From Candidatus Marinacidobacterales bacterium (GTDB taxonomy: Bacteria > Acidobacteriota > Vicinamibacteria > Marinacidobacterales > SMYC01), in NCBI GenBank assembly GCA_965237955.1, contig OZ250169.1, positions 1,312,001-1,376,000 of the forward strand: a DNA stretch of 64,000 bases, given 5' to 3'. A program made the translations under genes and the position numbers. A model generated the notes under the pieces. That model did no database searches. It was not told the DNA's origin and saw only the letters and a list, made by a program, of their open reading frames with translations. This document shows positions 20,148 to 29,199 of this stretch, piece by piece (position 1 is the stretch's first letter; each line of letters begins with the position of its first letter).

Positions 20148-21464
20148 ATGTCACGACGGTTTCGCGCGTTCGCCCCCGCGGTTGTTTGGATCGTGCTTTC
20201 GGTAGCGGTCTGGGCGGTGTTGGCGTATTGGCTCGGCGTGGGCATCGTCGGCGAGTTGCCGGCGGTCGATCCACCGAGTGCGAGGGTCCCGCCTGCCCCT
20301 ATTGCCCAGGAGGGGTTGCCGCGTTCGGAAACGGTAGCGATCCCCGATCGACTCGGTCGCGGTGAAACACTTTCGAGTGTTCTCTCCCGTAACGGGTTCA
20401 CGGCCGCCGAGATCCACGATATTGCCCGTGCGCTCTCCGCGATCATGAACGTGCGGCATCTCCGAGCCGGCGACGAGCTCGAGATTCTGTACGATGGTGA
20501 CGGCGGCGAGCCCACGACGATCCGCCTAAACAGGCTCAACCGGGGCGATTTGCGACGCGTCGAGCTCACCCGCTCCGAGCTCGGTTGGCAGTCGCTCTCG
20601 GAAGAAATCGAGCTCACGCGGCGCACGGTCTCGTTGAGTGGGACTCTCGAAGGGAATCTCTTCGCGAGCATGAGCCGGCTGGGCGAGGGCGCACTGCTTA
20701 CGGTTGCGTTCGCGAACGTGTTCGCGTGGGATTTCGACTTCTACACGGAGAGCCGGGAAGGAGACCGCTTCTCTTTGGTCGTTGAGAAACTCTACCGCGA
20801 GGGCGAGTTCGTCGGCTACGGCGATCTACGGGCCGCGCGCTACCTATCGTATCGTTCACGTCAGGCAGGCGAGCGAGTCTTCAGTGCATTCTTGTACGAA
20901 GACCCGTCGGGCACGCGCGATTACTACAACTCCGAAGGCAAGTCGATGCGAAAGGCTTTTCTGAGGGCGCCTGTGGATTTCGAGCGCATCAGCTCCGGGT
21001 TTTCGTACTCGCGACTGCATCCGATCCACAATCGACGCATGCCGCATCTCGGAGTGGACTACGCCGCGCGGACGGGAACACCGGTTTACTCGGTGGCGGC
21101 GGGTGTGGTGACCGGACGGGCATTCACCAAAGGCGGTGGGAATACCGTGACCGTGCGCCATGCGATGGGCTACACGACCAAGTATCTCCACTTGTCGCGA
21201 TTCGCCAAGGGCCTCGGCGTCGGGCGACGCGTCGAGCAGAAAGAAGTGATCGGCTATGTCGGGATGACTGGCTCCGCCACCGGACCGCATCTCGACTTTC
21301 GTCTCATCCACTACGGCAAGGCAGTCAATCCGGTGACGCAAATCTTTCCACCCGGTCCGCCGGTGGCAGACGAGTACTTCTCGGATTTCGAGGAGCGGCG
21401 CGCTCGCCTGGCGAAGCAACTCGACTCGCCGCGGGAGATCACCGCGATCGCGGACGATTCCTAG
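20148..21464 (+). CDS. M23 murein DD-endopeptidase (MepM-like)
   Basis: N-terminal TM, H.GVDY, YLHLS, ATGPHLDF. Confidence 0.9.
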   Translation: MSRRFRAFAPAVVWIVLSVAVWAVLAYWLGVGIVGELPAVDPPSARVPPAPIAQEGLPRSETVAIPDRLGRGETLSSVLSRNGFTAAEIHDIARALSAIMNVRHLRAGDELEILYDGDGGEPTTIRLNRLNRGDLRRVELTRSELGWQSLSEEIELTRRTVSLSGTLEGNLFASMSRLGEGALLTVAFANVFAWDFDFYTESREGDRFSLVVEKLYREGEFVGYGDLRAARYLSYRSRQAGERVFSAFLYEDPSGTRDYYNSEGKSMRKAFLRAPVDFERISSGFSYSRLHPIHNRRMPHLGVDYAARTGTPVYSVAAGVVTGRAFTKGGGNTVTVRHAMGYTTKYLHLSRFAKGLGVGRRVEQKEVIGYVGMTGSATGPHLDFRLIHYGKAVNPVTQIFPPGPPVADEYFSDFEERRARLAKQLDSPREITAIADDS

Positions 21465-21480
21465 CGTTCTACGTCGCTGG

Positions 21481-21507
21481 AGCATCCAGCATCCAGCATT
21501 CAGTTCA
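21481..21507. repeat. Heptamer tract identical in type to the arm at 17169
   Basis: AGCATC-CAGCATC-CAGCATT-CAGTTCA. Confidence 0.8.
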
Positions 21508-21643
21508 TTTCGCGAACGTAGCCCTCGGCGACGTCCCTGCCGCGGCGCAGGAGGTTGCTGTCAGGTAGCGCGGTCCGAAGGTGACGCCGTGCCACGTCGT
21601 CGAACGATGCGACCGAAAAGCAAAGTTGGCGAGGTGAACCGAA

Positions 21644-21995
21644 TGCCGACACGGTGTGCACCATGTTGCCCAGACGTTCACGAGCACGACTTTGCCCTTA
21701 TGGTCTTTTAGCCGGTGCGAGTTGCCGTTGATGTCGACGGTATCGAACGGCGGAGCAACGACTCCGCTGAGCGCGAGGTTTCCGGCCTGCCGGACGCGAT
21801 CGTCATGCCTTTGACGGGAAGCCATGCGAGCGCCAGCGAGAGCACCGCAAGGAGACCGATTTTCCCGGACGCGGTGGACGCGCTCCGGCGACGCTCGCTC
21901 ATCGCGAGGAGTAGCGTGACCACGAACGGCACCGCCGCTAAGATCGGGGAAAAAACACCGGCGATCAGGATTCGATGAGTCGATAGCTTGACCAT
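21644..21995 (-). pseudogene. Truncated, frameshifted TlpA-family disulfide reductase
   Basis: TM N-terminus in one frame; APPFDTVDING...KGKVVLVNVWATWCTPCR in another, with similarity ending right after CxxC. Confidence 0.75.
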
Positions 21996-22038
21996 AACGG
22001 CCCAGCATAGACGAGAAGGGAAGCGCGCGAAAGGTGAG

Positions 22039-23354
22039 CTATTGCGCCGGTGGGCGATAGCGCTCGAGGTCGGCTTCCCAGGCGGTTTGGAACTCTTGGT
22101 AGTCGAGGCCGACGACGGTTTTGAGGGCTTCGTTCATCGTTTGCTTGCGCGACAACAGCCGAAGGATCTTGACGAGCGCGTCTCTCCCGCGTCTAGCGGT
22201 GACGTACTCGGTCGCGGCGAGTCCTTCGGCGTATACGAGAACGGCTTTGTCCTTGGGGTAGTTGACGATAGGCCCCTCGAGACTCCATAGCGGGAGGATT
22301 CTCGATTCCGCTCGTGCTGCTCGAAGCGTCGGGTAGGGGTCGAATCTCTCGCTGCCTTCCCGCAATTGGGCGATGCCTTCGTGAAACCACGTGGGGCAAT
22401 TGCCGCCGGTGAACGCGTTGATGAAACTATGGGTCAGCTCGTGACGAACGATGCGCCGGAGCTCGGGAGTCAACTCGGTGACCCCCTCCACGGGAATGCG
22501 GATCTCGCCGTCGTTCAGTCCGGACGCCCACGACGGCGCGTGGGTCACGTCCCGAAACTCGCGATCGGTGTAGAGTGTGATGCGGATGGGCTCGTCCGGC
22601 GAAAAGCGAAAATCGCGTTGGAGCGCGTAGTACTCGTCGTCGAGCGCCGACGCTACGACACGGCCGATGGTCTCGTTGACGCGTCCGTCGTAGCGGATCA
22701 CGAAGTTGAGCTGGCTCACTTCGTCGAAATTGATGTCGTCGTCGTTCTCGCGCAGAGCTTGTTTCAGTTTGTAGAGAAGCCCGGGCGAGGGATCGGACGC
22801 GAGCGCGAGCTGCCACTCCCGAATCGCGAGGCCGCTCCGCCCGCGGCGGTAGTAGACGTCGCCCAGCCGCTCACGGATCAATAGGTTGTCGGGATCGAGG
22901 CGTTTTGCTTGCTCGAGCTCGGACTGCGCCGCGCGCAAATCGCCGCGTGCGAAGTAGAGCTCGGCAAGCTCGAGGCGCGGCTCCAACTCGTCCGGAGCTT
23001 TTTGAATCGCCTTCTGGTAGAGACGGGTTGCTCGATCGGTGTCTCCGCTTCGTACCGATTGGCGTGCCTCGGACACGGTTTCGTCTGCGATCTCGTTGCG
23101 GAAGCCGCCGTGCTCTTCCTCTTCGGCGTCGGCGAGCTTGGGAATCGCTCGATCGACCCGCTCGAGAAGGGATCGCGGAAACCCGAACGTGCCGCCGTTC
23201 TTTACGTAGAGGATCTGCTCGCCCTCTTCCCAATAGCGATCGACGACGATGGTGCGGCCGTTGGTCAGAAAAAGAACCTCGCGTGCGCTCGCCCAAGCGC
23301 TTGATGCGAGCACACAAGCACGGTAAAGAGTCGGAGGCGAGAGGCGCGGGTCAT
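22039..23354 (-). CDS. Secreted TPR + peptidase MA-like (HEXXH) protein; start uncertain (ATG 23354 needs a frameshift, otherwise 23313)
   Basis: TPR repeats, HELTH and PTWFHEGIA. Confidence 0.8.
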
Positions 23355-23378
23355 CACCAAGTGGGCCAGATGAGTCGG

Positions 23379-25310
23379 TCAGCGCAGGACGCTGGCAACG
23401 GGTACAGCAGCGGCGTCTCCGGCGCGGATGTCATTCGGCACCGAGCCCATACCTTGCTCGGCGGCTTGCCGTGTGTCGAACGTGCCCCAGACGACGCGGA
23501 AACATGGTCGACCTTGTATCGTGGTCGGGAGCACGTAGAGTTGCTCGGAGCCGCGCGCGTTCGAAACGACCCGCCCGACGTTGTCCTCGTCGCAGTAAAG
23601 TCCGACCGCGACGGTGAATTTATTCCGTCCCGAAGATCGGAGCTCTCGCAAGAACGCGTCGGCGGCACCCGAAATGTCGCCGCCCGCGAGAAGCCGGCGT
23701 CCGTTGCCGCCGCCCGTACCGCCGGAGCCTGTACCTGTTGACCCGCTCGGGCTCGGCGATGGTCGCCGCGGCGCCGGTGTCGGCCCGGGTCGTCTTGTCG
23801 CGGACGTGGTGGCCGGTGGCGGTGCCGGTGTTGGTGTTGGTCCCGGCTGTGCGCCCGGCGTCGGAGCTGGGCGCGGCGTTGGCTGCGCCGGCGCGGGGCG
23901 AGGGCCGGTAGAAGCGCCGGTCGCCCGCGGGTCGGTGCTCGCCGGCGGGGTATTCGTGTCGGGTGCGTCGGGCGATGAGGATGAGACCGCCGGCGGCGTC
24001 GGCGTCGGGCTTGGTGGTGTCGGCGTCGCCGAAGCAGTCGCTGTCGGTGGCGTGTCGCCCTCCTCGCCTTCTCCCGCGAACATGGGCCAGACAAAATAGT
24101 ACACGCTGAACGCCGCAGCTGCGGCGACAACGATCACGCCGGCAATTTTCAAGATACCCATTAGGTTACCAGACGAAGCGCCGCCGCGTCTGCCTTTTGG
24201 TCTCGGAGGCATCCGCGTGGAAGAGATGTCCGGCTCGGGCTCGTCGATGAGAAGCTCCGACGCAGTCGCGTTGGGCGCGCCGAAGTTCATGCTTGGCGGC
24301 TCTTCCGGCATCGACGTTGGTACGGGCTCGGTTGGGAGCCCGCTCGGGATGCCGGGTGCGGCCTCGAAGACCGTCTTTTCCGTCTCTTCCGGTTCGGGTG
24401 GAGCTTCGAACACCGTGTCGTCCGTAGGCGCGTGGAAGGCGTCATCACTTGCCGGTGAGGGAGGCGGGTTGGTTTCGAGACCCACCGTTTCCCCTCCGCC
24501 GAAGGGAACCTCGGCCGAGCTCGGAGCGGGATCGAACGTCGGCGGCTCCGACGGAATCGAGAACGCGTCGTCGGGCGCGGCGACCGGCCCGGGGACTACC
24601 GCGTCCCCGGCTTTCGTCAGCGCGCCCGCGACCAGTCCGGCCGCCAAAACCTTGCAGACTTCGAACTCGCCTAAACTCGAAAGCGCACCGATTTGGGTAA
24701 CACTCTTGACTCCATCCGCCTGTCGAAGAACTTCGGATGCCTGATCGTCTGCCTTGGTCTCGCGAATGAAGTCGTCGAGCGTGGGGCCGGCCGCGAGGAC
24801 GGCGTCGAGTGAGCCGAGCTCCCGCAGGATCCAGTCTCGATCTTGGATGCGGCCGATGCTGGCGTAGATGAGCTGGGGCGTGGATAGATCGAGATCGATG
24901 GTGCCTTTCGGGAGCGACTTCGTCGCGAATTGAAACGTGCCTTCCGTCCAAGTGTAGAGGTCGGTGAGAATCTTCTCGACCTTGATACGTGCAGCATCGG
25001 CGAGCTCGCGCTGAGAGATGTAGCCGAGCTCGGTCAGAACTTTCGCGAGTGGGTTTCCCGCCGAGACGCGCGCTTGCGCGACTTGCATCTGGTCCGGTCC
25101 GAGCTTTCCTTCCTCGACAAGGATAGAGGCGAGCTGATCCTTGGGATCGTTGGACGCGGCGAACAGAATCTGACCGTCGCGAAAGTAAACGGCTTTTTGG
25201 AGAGGAGCCCGCTCGAGCTTCAGGGAGCCGGTGACCGCGCCTCGGTACAGCTCAATGATGAGAGCGAGAGTTGGTTTTTGACTTAGGCTCCCGCTTTCCT
25301 TGTCTTCCAT
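23379..25310 (-). CDS. DUF4388 + acidic/Pro-rich + TM + SPOR-like C-terminal domain protein
   Basis: KAVYFRDGQI, LYTWTEGTFQF; TM IAGVIVVAAAAAFSVYYF; CFRVVWGTFDTRQAA. Confidence 0.8.
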   Translation of the reverse strand: MEDKESGSLSQKPTLALIIELYRGAVTGSLKLERAPLQKAVYFRDGQILFAASNDPKDQLASILVEEGKLGPDQMQVAQARVSAGNPLAKVLTELGYISQRELADAARIKVEKILTDLYTWTEGTFQFATKSLPKGTIDLDLSTPQLIYASIGRIQDRDWILRELGSLDAVLAAGPTLDDFIRETKADDQASEVLRQADGVKSVTQIGALSSLGEFEVCKVLAAGLVAGALTKAGDAVVPGPVAAPDDAFSIPSEPPTFDPAPSSAEVPFGGGETVGLETNPPPSPASDDAFHAPTDDTVFEAPPEPEETEKTVFEAAPGIPSGLPTEPVPTSMPEEPPSMNFGAPNATASELLIDEPEPDISSTRMPPRPKGRRGGASSGNLMGILKIAGVIVVAAAAAFSVYYFVWPMFAGEGEEGDTPPTATASATPTPPSPTPTPPAVSSSSPDAPDTNTPPASTDPRATGASTGPRPAPAQPTPRPAPTPGAQPGPTPTPAPPPATTSATRRPGPTPAPRRPSPSPSGSTGTGSGGTGGGNGRRLLAGGDISGAADAFLRELRSSGRNKFTVAVGLYCDEDNVGRVVSNARGSEQLYVLPTTIQGRPCFRVVWGTFDTRQAAEQGMGSVPNDIRAGDAAAVPVASVLR

Positions 25311-25489
25311 GGGCTAACCAAGAGAACGATTGCTTCCGATCCAAGCTCGAATCTTCGTTTCAGGGGCACAAGTAGGACGGAAAAACCTCAACCACAACTT
25401 GAAATCGTAGCATAAAACCCCGCGTTCAAGCTAGCTGTTCACCTTTCCAGAGCTCATACCCCTAGATGATGTCCGGGTTACAGGAGGCT

Positions 25490-25573
25490 GTCAACTGTCG
25501 TTGACGGTTCTATCCCGTTGCGTTCGTGGAGCTTTGACAGGATCCGTAGTTTTGGGTGTCAACCCGCGTTGAC
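25490..25573. promoter_or_regulatory. Pair of palindromic sites GTCAAC-N4-GTTGAC (candidate enhancer)
   Basis: GTCAACTGTCGTTGAC (25490-25505) and GTCAACCCGCGTTGAC (25558-25573), upstream of a sigma-54 promoter. Confidence 0.7.
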
Positions 25574-25670
25574 GCTTCGACGTCTTCCTCGGGGCAAGGC
25601 TCATCGAGTGCACCATCCGAACTCGTTGTCCTGAATGAGCTTAACGGCGCTCGCTGCCGTCGCATGCTTT

Positions 25671-25685
25671 TGGCGCGCTCCTTGC
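25671..25685 (+). promoter_or_regulatory. Sigma-54 (-24/-12) promoter of the comEA operon
   Basis: TGGCGCGCTCCTTGC against consensus TGGCACG-N4-TTGC. Confidence 0.78.
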
Positions 25686-25829
25686 CTTTAGGTCATCCCA
25701 ACGAACGTTAGTGAAAGGAGGTTGGGTCGAGGGTCGAGGGATGACACGAACTTTGGTTTGACAAAGGAACGACGCCCGCGGCGAGCCGACGCTCGTCGCG
25801 GGGGCTCGGAATTCAGAAAGGAGAACAAA

Positions 25830-26132
25830 GTGAAATCGAAATTGATCGCAGTGGTGACATCCGTTGCTTTGGCGCTACCGCTCTTGGCGGGGGCGGCCGT
25901 GGCCCAGGACGACGAGCTGAAAGTGGATCTGAATCGCGCGGGGATCGAGGAGCTCGTGAAGCTTCCCGGAGTCGGAGAGATAGTGGCGCAACGTATCGTG
26001 AACTATCGCGAAGAGAACGGCGCGTTCCAAGCGACTGAAGAGCTCATGAACGTCCGTGGGATCGGTGAAAAGACCTATCTCAAGCTCGAGCCTTACTTGA
26101 CGGTGTCAGAGGAGACGCGGGAGAAGCAATGA
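25830..26132 (+). CDS. comEA: ComEA-like helix-hairpin-helix DNA-binding protein
   Basis: SD AAGGAG, signal peptide, VDLNRAGIEELVKLPGVGEIVAQRIVNYREENG...VRGIG. Confidence 0.9.
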   Translation: MKSKLIAVVTSVALALPLLAGAAVAQDDELKVDLNRAGIEELVKLPGVGEIVAQRIVNYREENGAFQATEELMNVRGIGEKTYLKLEPYLTVSEETREKQ

Positions 26133-26758
26133 TACCGGCGGCAGGCGCGGTCCAACAGGGACCGTCGTCGGGTCGGCGCGGCTCGGACCGCGCCGGCCCC
26201 CGCACGCACCGAGGGCACAGCTTGGCGGAGCTCATGCTCGTGCTCGTCGTGTTTACGACGCTCGCGGCGGCAGCGCTACCGCGCATTGCCGCGACCGTTC
26301 ACGAGCACCGTTTAAGGGGAGCGGCGTTTCATCTACGTGGACTTCTTCGTCAGACGCGATCGCGAGCGGTGGCCGAGGCGCGCTATGTCGCTGTCGTGTT
26401 CGAGGAAGTTGACGGCGATCCGGTGTTTCTGGTCTACGGCGATGGTAACGGTAACGGAATCCGTCGGCGGGACATCCGGAGCGGTGCGGAGGAGCGACTC
26501 CGAGAACCGTACCGGCTGAGCGAGACGTTTCCCGGTGTTCGCTATGGGAGCCTGCCCGCAGGTGCGGATGCGCCGTTTTTCCCGGGGCTTCGCATCGGAC
26601 GCAGCAAGATTGTCTCGTTCTCGCCGCTCGGATCGTCGACGACGGGTACGTTGTTTCTGAGCAATCAGTACGGTCTCGTCTACGCCGTGGTCGTGTTTGG
26701 CTCGACGGGCCGCGTGCGGATCGCTCGCTATCGCGGAGGTCACTGGGAGAAATTGTGA
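26129..26758 (+). CDS. FimT/GspH-like minor pilin
   Basis: Class III signal RG|HSLAELMLVLVV, hydrophobic helix, FSPLG...GTLFL, C-terminal TGRVR. Confidence 0.82.
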   Translation: MIPAAGAVQQGPSSGRRGSDRAGPRTHRGHSLAELMLVLVVFTTLAAAALPRIAATVHEHRLRGAAFHLRGLLRQTRSRAVAEARYVAVVFEEVDGDPVFLVYGDGNGNGIRRRDIRSGAEERLREPYRLSETFPGVRYGSLPAGADAPFFPGLRIGRSKIVSFSPLGSSTTGTLFLSNQYGLVYAVVVFGSTGRVRIARYRGGHWEKL

Positions 26759-26785
26759 CGATGCATTTCAAGAAGGAGTATCGAG

Positions 26786-27073
26786 ATGGCAGCCAAGTTT
26801 TATGAACCGAAGTACAAAGACGGAAAAATCGTAGCCTTCGCCGACATAGATCTAGCCGAGGGAATCACTATCCGAGGGTTTCGAGTCATCAACGGCGCGA
26901 ACGGTATGTTCGCCGCCGTCCCCTCGAAGCCGGTGACCGTCGACGGCCAAACACAGTACGTGAGGCAGGTCGTGTTCGACACCAACGAGCATCGAGAGGA
27001 GTTTCTGGCCAAACTGCTACACGACTACGAAGCGTGGACGCACAACCGCGCGGCGGAAGCAAACACGGCCTGA
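26786..27073 (+). CDS. spoVG: SpoVG family nucleic-acid-binding protein
   Basis: AFADIDLAEGITIRGFRVINGANGMFAAVPSK resembles the SpoVG core; SD AAGGAG. Confidence 0.75.
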   Translation: MAAKFYEPKYKDGKIVAFADIDLAEGITIRGFRVINGANGMFAAVPSKPVTVDGQTQYVRQVVFDTNEHREEFLAKLLHDYEAWTHNRAAEANTA

Positions 27074-27186
27074 GGCAGGCCGACACCAGCCTGTAGCGGA
27101 CCCTAAAAAGTCGCCAGCAGCTGGGCTCCAGACAGAGCAACTTGGATGTCGAACGCTCTTGAGCAAAATTGTGACGACGAGTTGAA

Positions 27187-27285
27187 ACGGACTTCAAGCT
27201 CCGTGGAGAGATTTTTGGCATTGAGGTCATCGCCGTCGGAAAGGCCATTCGTATTCTCTCCACGCTGCAGAAAGCATGCGGGAAG
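27187..27285 (+). pseudogene. Remnant of a small conserved hypothetical (putative TA) gene
   Basis: ACG-DFKLRGEIFGIEVIAVGKAIRILSTLQKACGK; family resemblance is from memory only. Confidence 0.45.
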
Positions 27286-27324
27286 CCAAACTCAGCACCC
27301 TCGTCAGTTGAACAGCCTGAGGAC

Positions 27325-28920
27325 CTACATCCGCCACCGCAAAAACTCGTCCAGCGACGTAACTCCGGCGGTGACTTCTTTGAGGCACCTCTCCCGCAAC
27401 GTCTCCATGCCGGCGTTGCGTGCGGACGATTCGATCTCGGCGAGGGTGGGCTGGTCGGTGAGCTTCTTGCGGAGATATTCGTCCACGGTGATGAGCTCGA
27501 ACAGGCCTTTGCGCCGGCGGTACCCGAGTCGATTGCAGTCAGAGCATCCGCGTCCTTTGAACAAACGCAGCGTCTTGGCCTCGTTCAGGCTGATGCCGTA
27601 GTTCCCGAGCTTCTCTGGATCCGCTTGCGAGCCGTCGTCGCGGCAATGGGGGCAAATCCGTCGAACGAGACGTTGGTTCATGACGAGAGAAAGTCCTCTC
27701 GACAGAAGCGATGGCTGTGCGCCCAGCTCCAGGAAGCGGTAGATGGATTCGGCCGCGCCGAACGCGGGGAACGTCGTGACCACCAGAAGCGTGGTTGAGA
27801 GCTGACACGCGAGGTTGGCCGTCACACGATCGTTGAGCTCGAGCAGAAACACGACATCGGGTTTGACGGCCGCGACCGAACGCAGGGCGGCTGCGAAACC
27901 GAGTCCTTTGTCCTGGTTGACTTCCATTTGGTGCACGTACGGAACTTCCCACTGGATCGATCGCTCGATGCTGACGACCTTCCGCTCGGATTTGGTTACT
28001 TGATCCATGAGCGAGTACGACGTCGTCATCGCACCGTTGTACGGAGGCGACGTCACCATGATCAGTCCCGACGGAGCGTCGAGAGCCCGGACGAGGAAGA
28101 GCTGGTCCGCCGGCGTGAGCCCGAGCGCGGTGAAGTTCTTGAGGAAGAAGCGGCGATCGACGAGCTTGATGGTGACGCTCGTACCGAGGCGTGTCGGTAG
28201 CGTGTGGACGAGGAGATCGAAATCGTGCCGTTCGAGCTCGAGGTGAGCTCGACCTCGTTGCGGTAGTTCTTTGCGCGCCGCGTCGAGTCCAAAGAGCTCA
28301 TGGATACGAGCGAGCATCGGAACGAGCGCGTTAATCCGAAGTAGCTTGATCTTGTAGAAGAGTCCGTCGATGCGAAGCTTGATGGCGAGCTCGGTATCCG
28401 TGGGCTCGAGATGGATGTCGGATGCGCCCTTGCGCGCCGCGAGGCCGAGGAGGTGTTCGAGAATTTCGCTCGGGTTGGTGCTGGTCGAGGGCGCGGGCGT
28501 AACTTCGAGACCCTGGGTATCGACCAACGGCTGATATCCCTGGTATCGCAGCGCGTCATCGATGTCGTTCTGCGTCACCAGCTCTTTCTCGAGCAAAATT
28601 TTGCCGAGAAGTCCGCCGGTTCGCTCCTGCTTCTGCAGCGCCTCGAGCAGCTGCGGTGTTTTGAGTTTCTGATTGCGAATCAGAATCTCGCCGAGCCGGT
28701 CGAGGCTTCGCTCGAGCATCGAGACCTCGTCCTTCAGAGCTTGCGGGGCGCCGTCCCAGAAGGTCCGCTTGTAAGCCGCGTCGGCCGGGCAGAAGCAGCT
28801 GAGGCAGAACGGACAGAGCTTGGACGGGTGTTTGGGGTCGCAGCTGCACCAAACCGCCTCGATCGCTTCGAAATTGTTGAGGCAGTTCCAGCAACGGACG
28901 GTGTAGATTTCGGTAGCCAT
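27325..28920 (-). CDS. PilB/GspE-family protein with Cys-rich N-terminus, MshEN motif and degenerate ATPase motifs
   Basis: GASDIHLEP, RIDG, LPQRGR, NQRLVRRICPHC, GRGCSDC, GMETLRE; Walker A position reads TSPPYNGAMTT. Confidence 0.88.
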   Translation of the reverse strand: MATEIYTVRCWNCLNNFEAIEAVWCSCDPKHPSKLCPFCLSCFCPADAAYKRTFWDGAPQALKDEVSMLERSLDRLGEILIRNQKLKTPQLLEALQKQERTGGLLGKILLEKELVTQNDIDDALRYQGYQPLVDTQGLEVTPAPSTSTNPSEILEHLLGLAARKGASDIHLEPTDTELAIKLRIDGLFYKIKLLRINALVPMLARIHELFGLDAARKELPQRGRAHLELERHDFDLLVHTLPTRLGTSVTIKLVDRRFFLKNFTALGLTPADQLFLVRALDAPSGLIMVTSPPYNGAMTTSYSLMDQVTKSERKVVSIERSIQWEVPYVHQMEVNQDKGLGFAAALRSVAAVKPDVVFLLELNDRVTANLACQLSTTLLVVTTFPAFGAAESIYRFLELGAQPSLLSRGLSLVMNQRLVRRICPHCRDDGSQADPEKLGNYGISLNEAKTLRLFKGRGCSDCNRLGYRRRKGLFELITVDEYLRKKLTDQPTLAEIESSARNAGMETLRERCLKEVTAGVTSLDEFLRWRM

Positions 28921-29162
28921 CTGCCTATGTGGCTCTCAAGCGCAGCGCGCTCCCCAAGCGGGGCCCGTCAGCGTCAGCGTCTCGCTTCGGTTTTCACGCG
29001 TCGGGCGCATCGGGCGCATCTAGCGCAGGCCGTCCCCCTTTCTTGTCAGCAGCCCGCCAGACCAATCGCAGTTATCTGAGTTCCGCTCAGTATAGTTTTG
29101 CAGGCCCTCCCCATCAAGCCCTAGCTTGGGCGGAGCTTCAGGCTCGGCCGGAGCGAAGATTA

Positions 29163-29191
29163 TTGACACGATCCAGGGCCTATGGTAATTT
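29163..29191 (+). promoter_or_regulatory. Sigma-70 promoter of the gcv operon
   Basis: TTGACA, 17-nt spacer ending in TGG, then TAATTT. Confidence 0.6.
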
Positions 29192-29199
29192 CTGGCGCC

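Noticed and set aside
23700-24500. Low-complexity GC repeats and long Gly-rich plus-strand ORFs
   Set aside because: Explained by the Pro/Thr-rich linker codons of the minus-strand DUF4388 gene.
11008-25728. Shared 12-mer GGAGGTTGGGTC at 11008 and 25717
   Set aside because: Exact 12-mer matches are expected by chance in 64 kb, and the match does not extend.
28921-29199. Glycine riboswitch upstream of gcvT
   Set aside because: No GGAGA...CCGAAG...CTCAGG aptamer core, and the predicted promoter leaves almost no leader.
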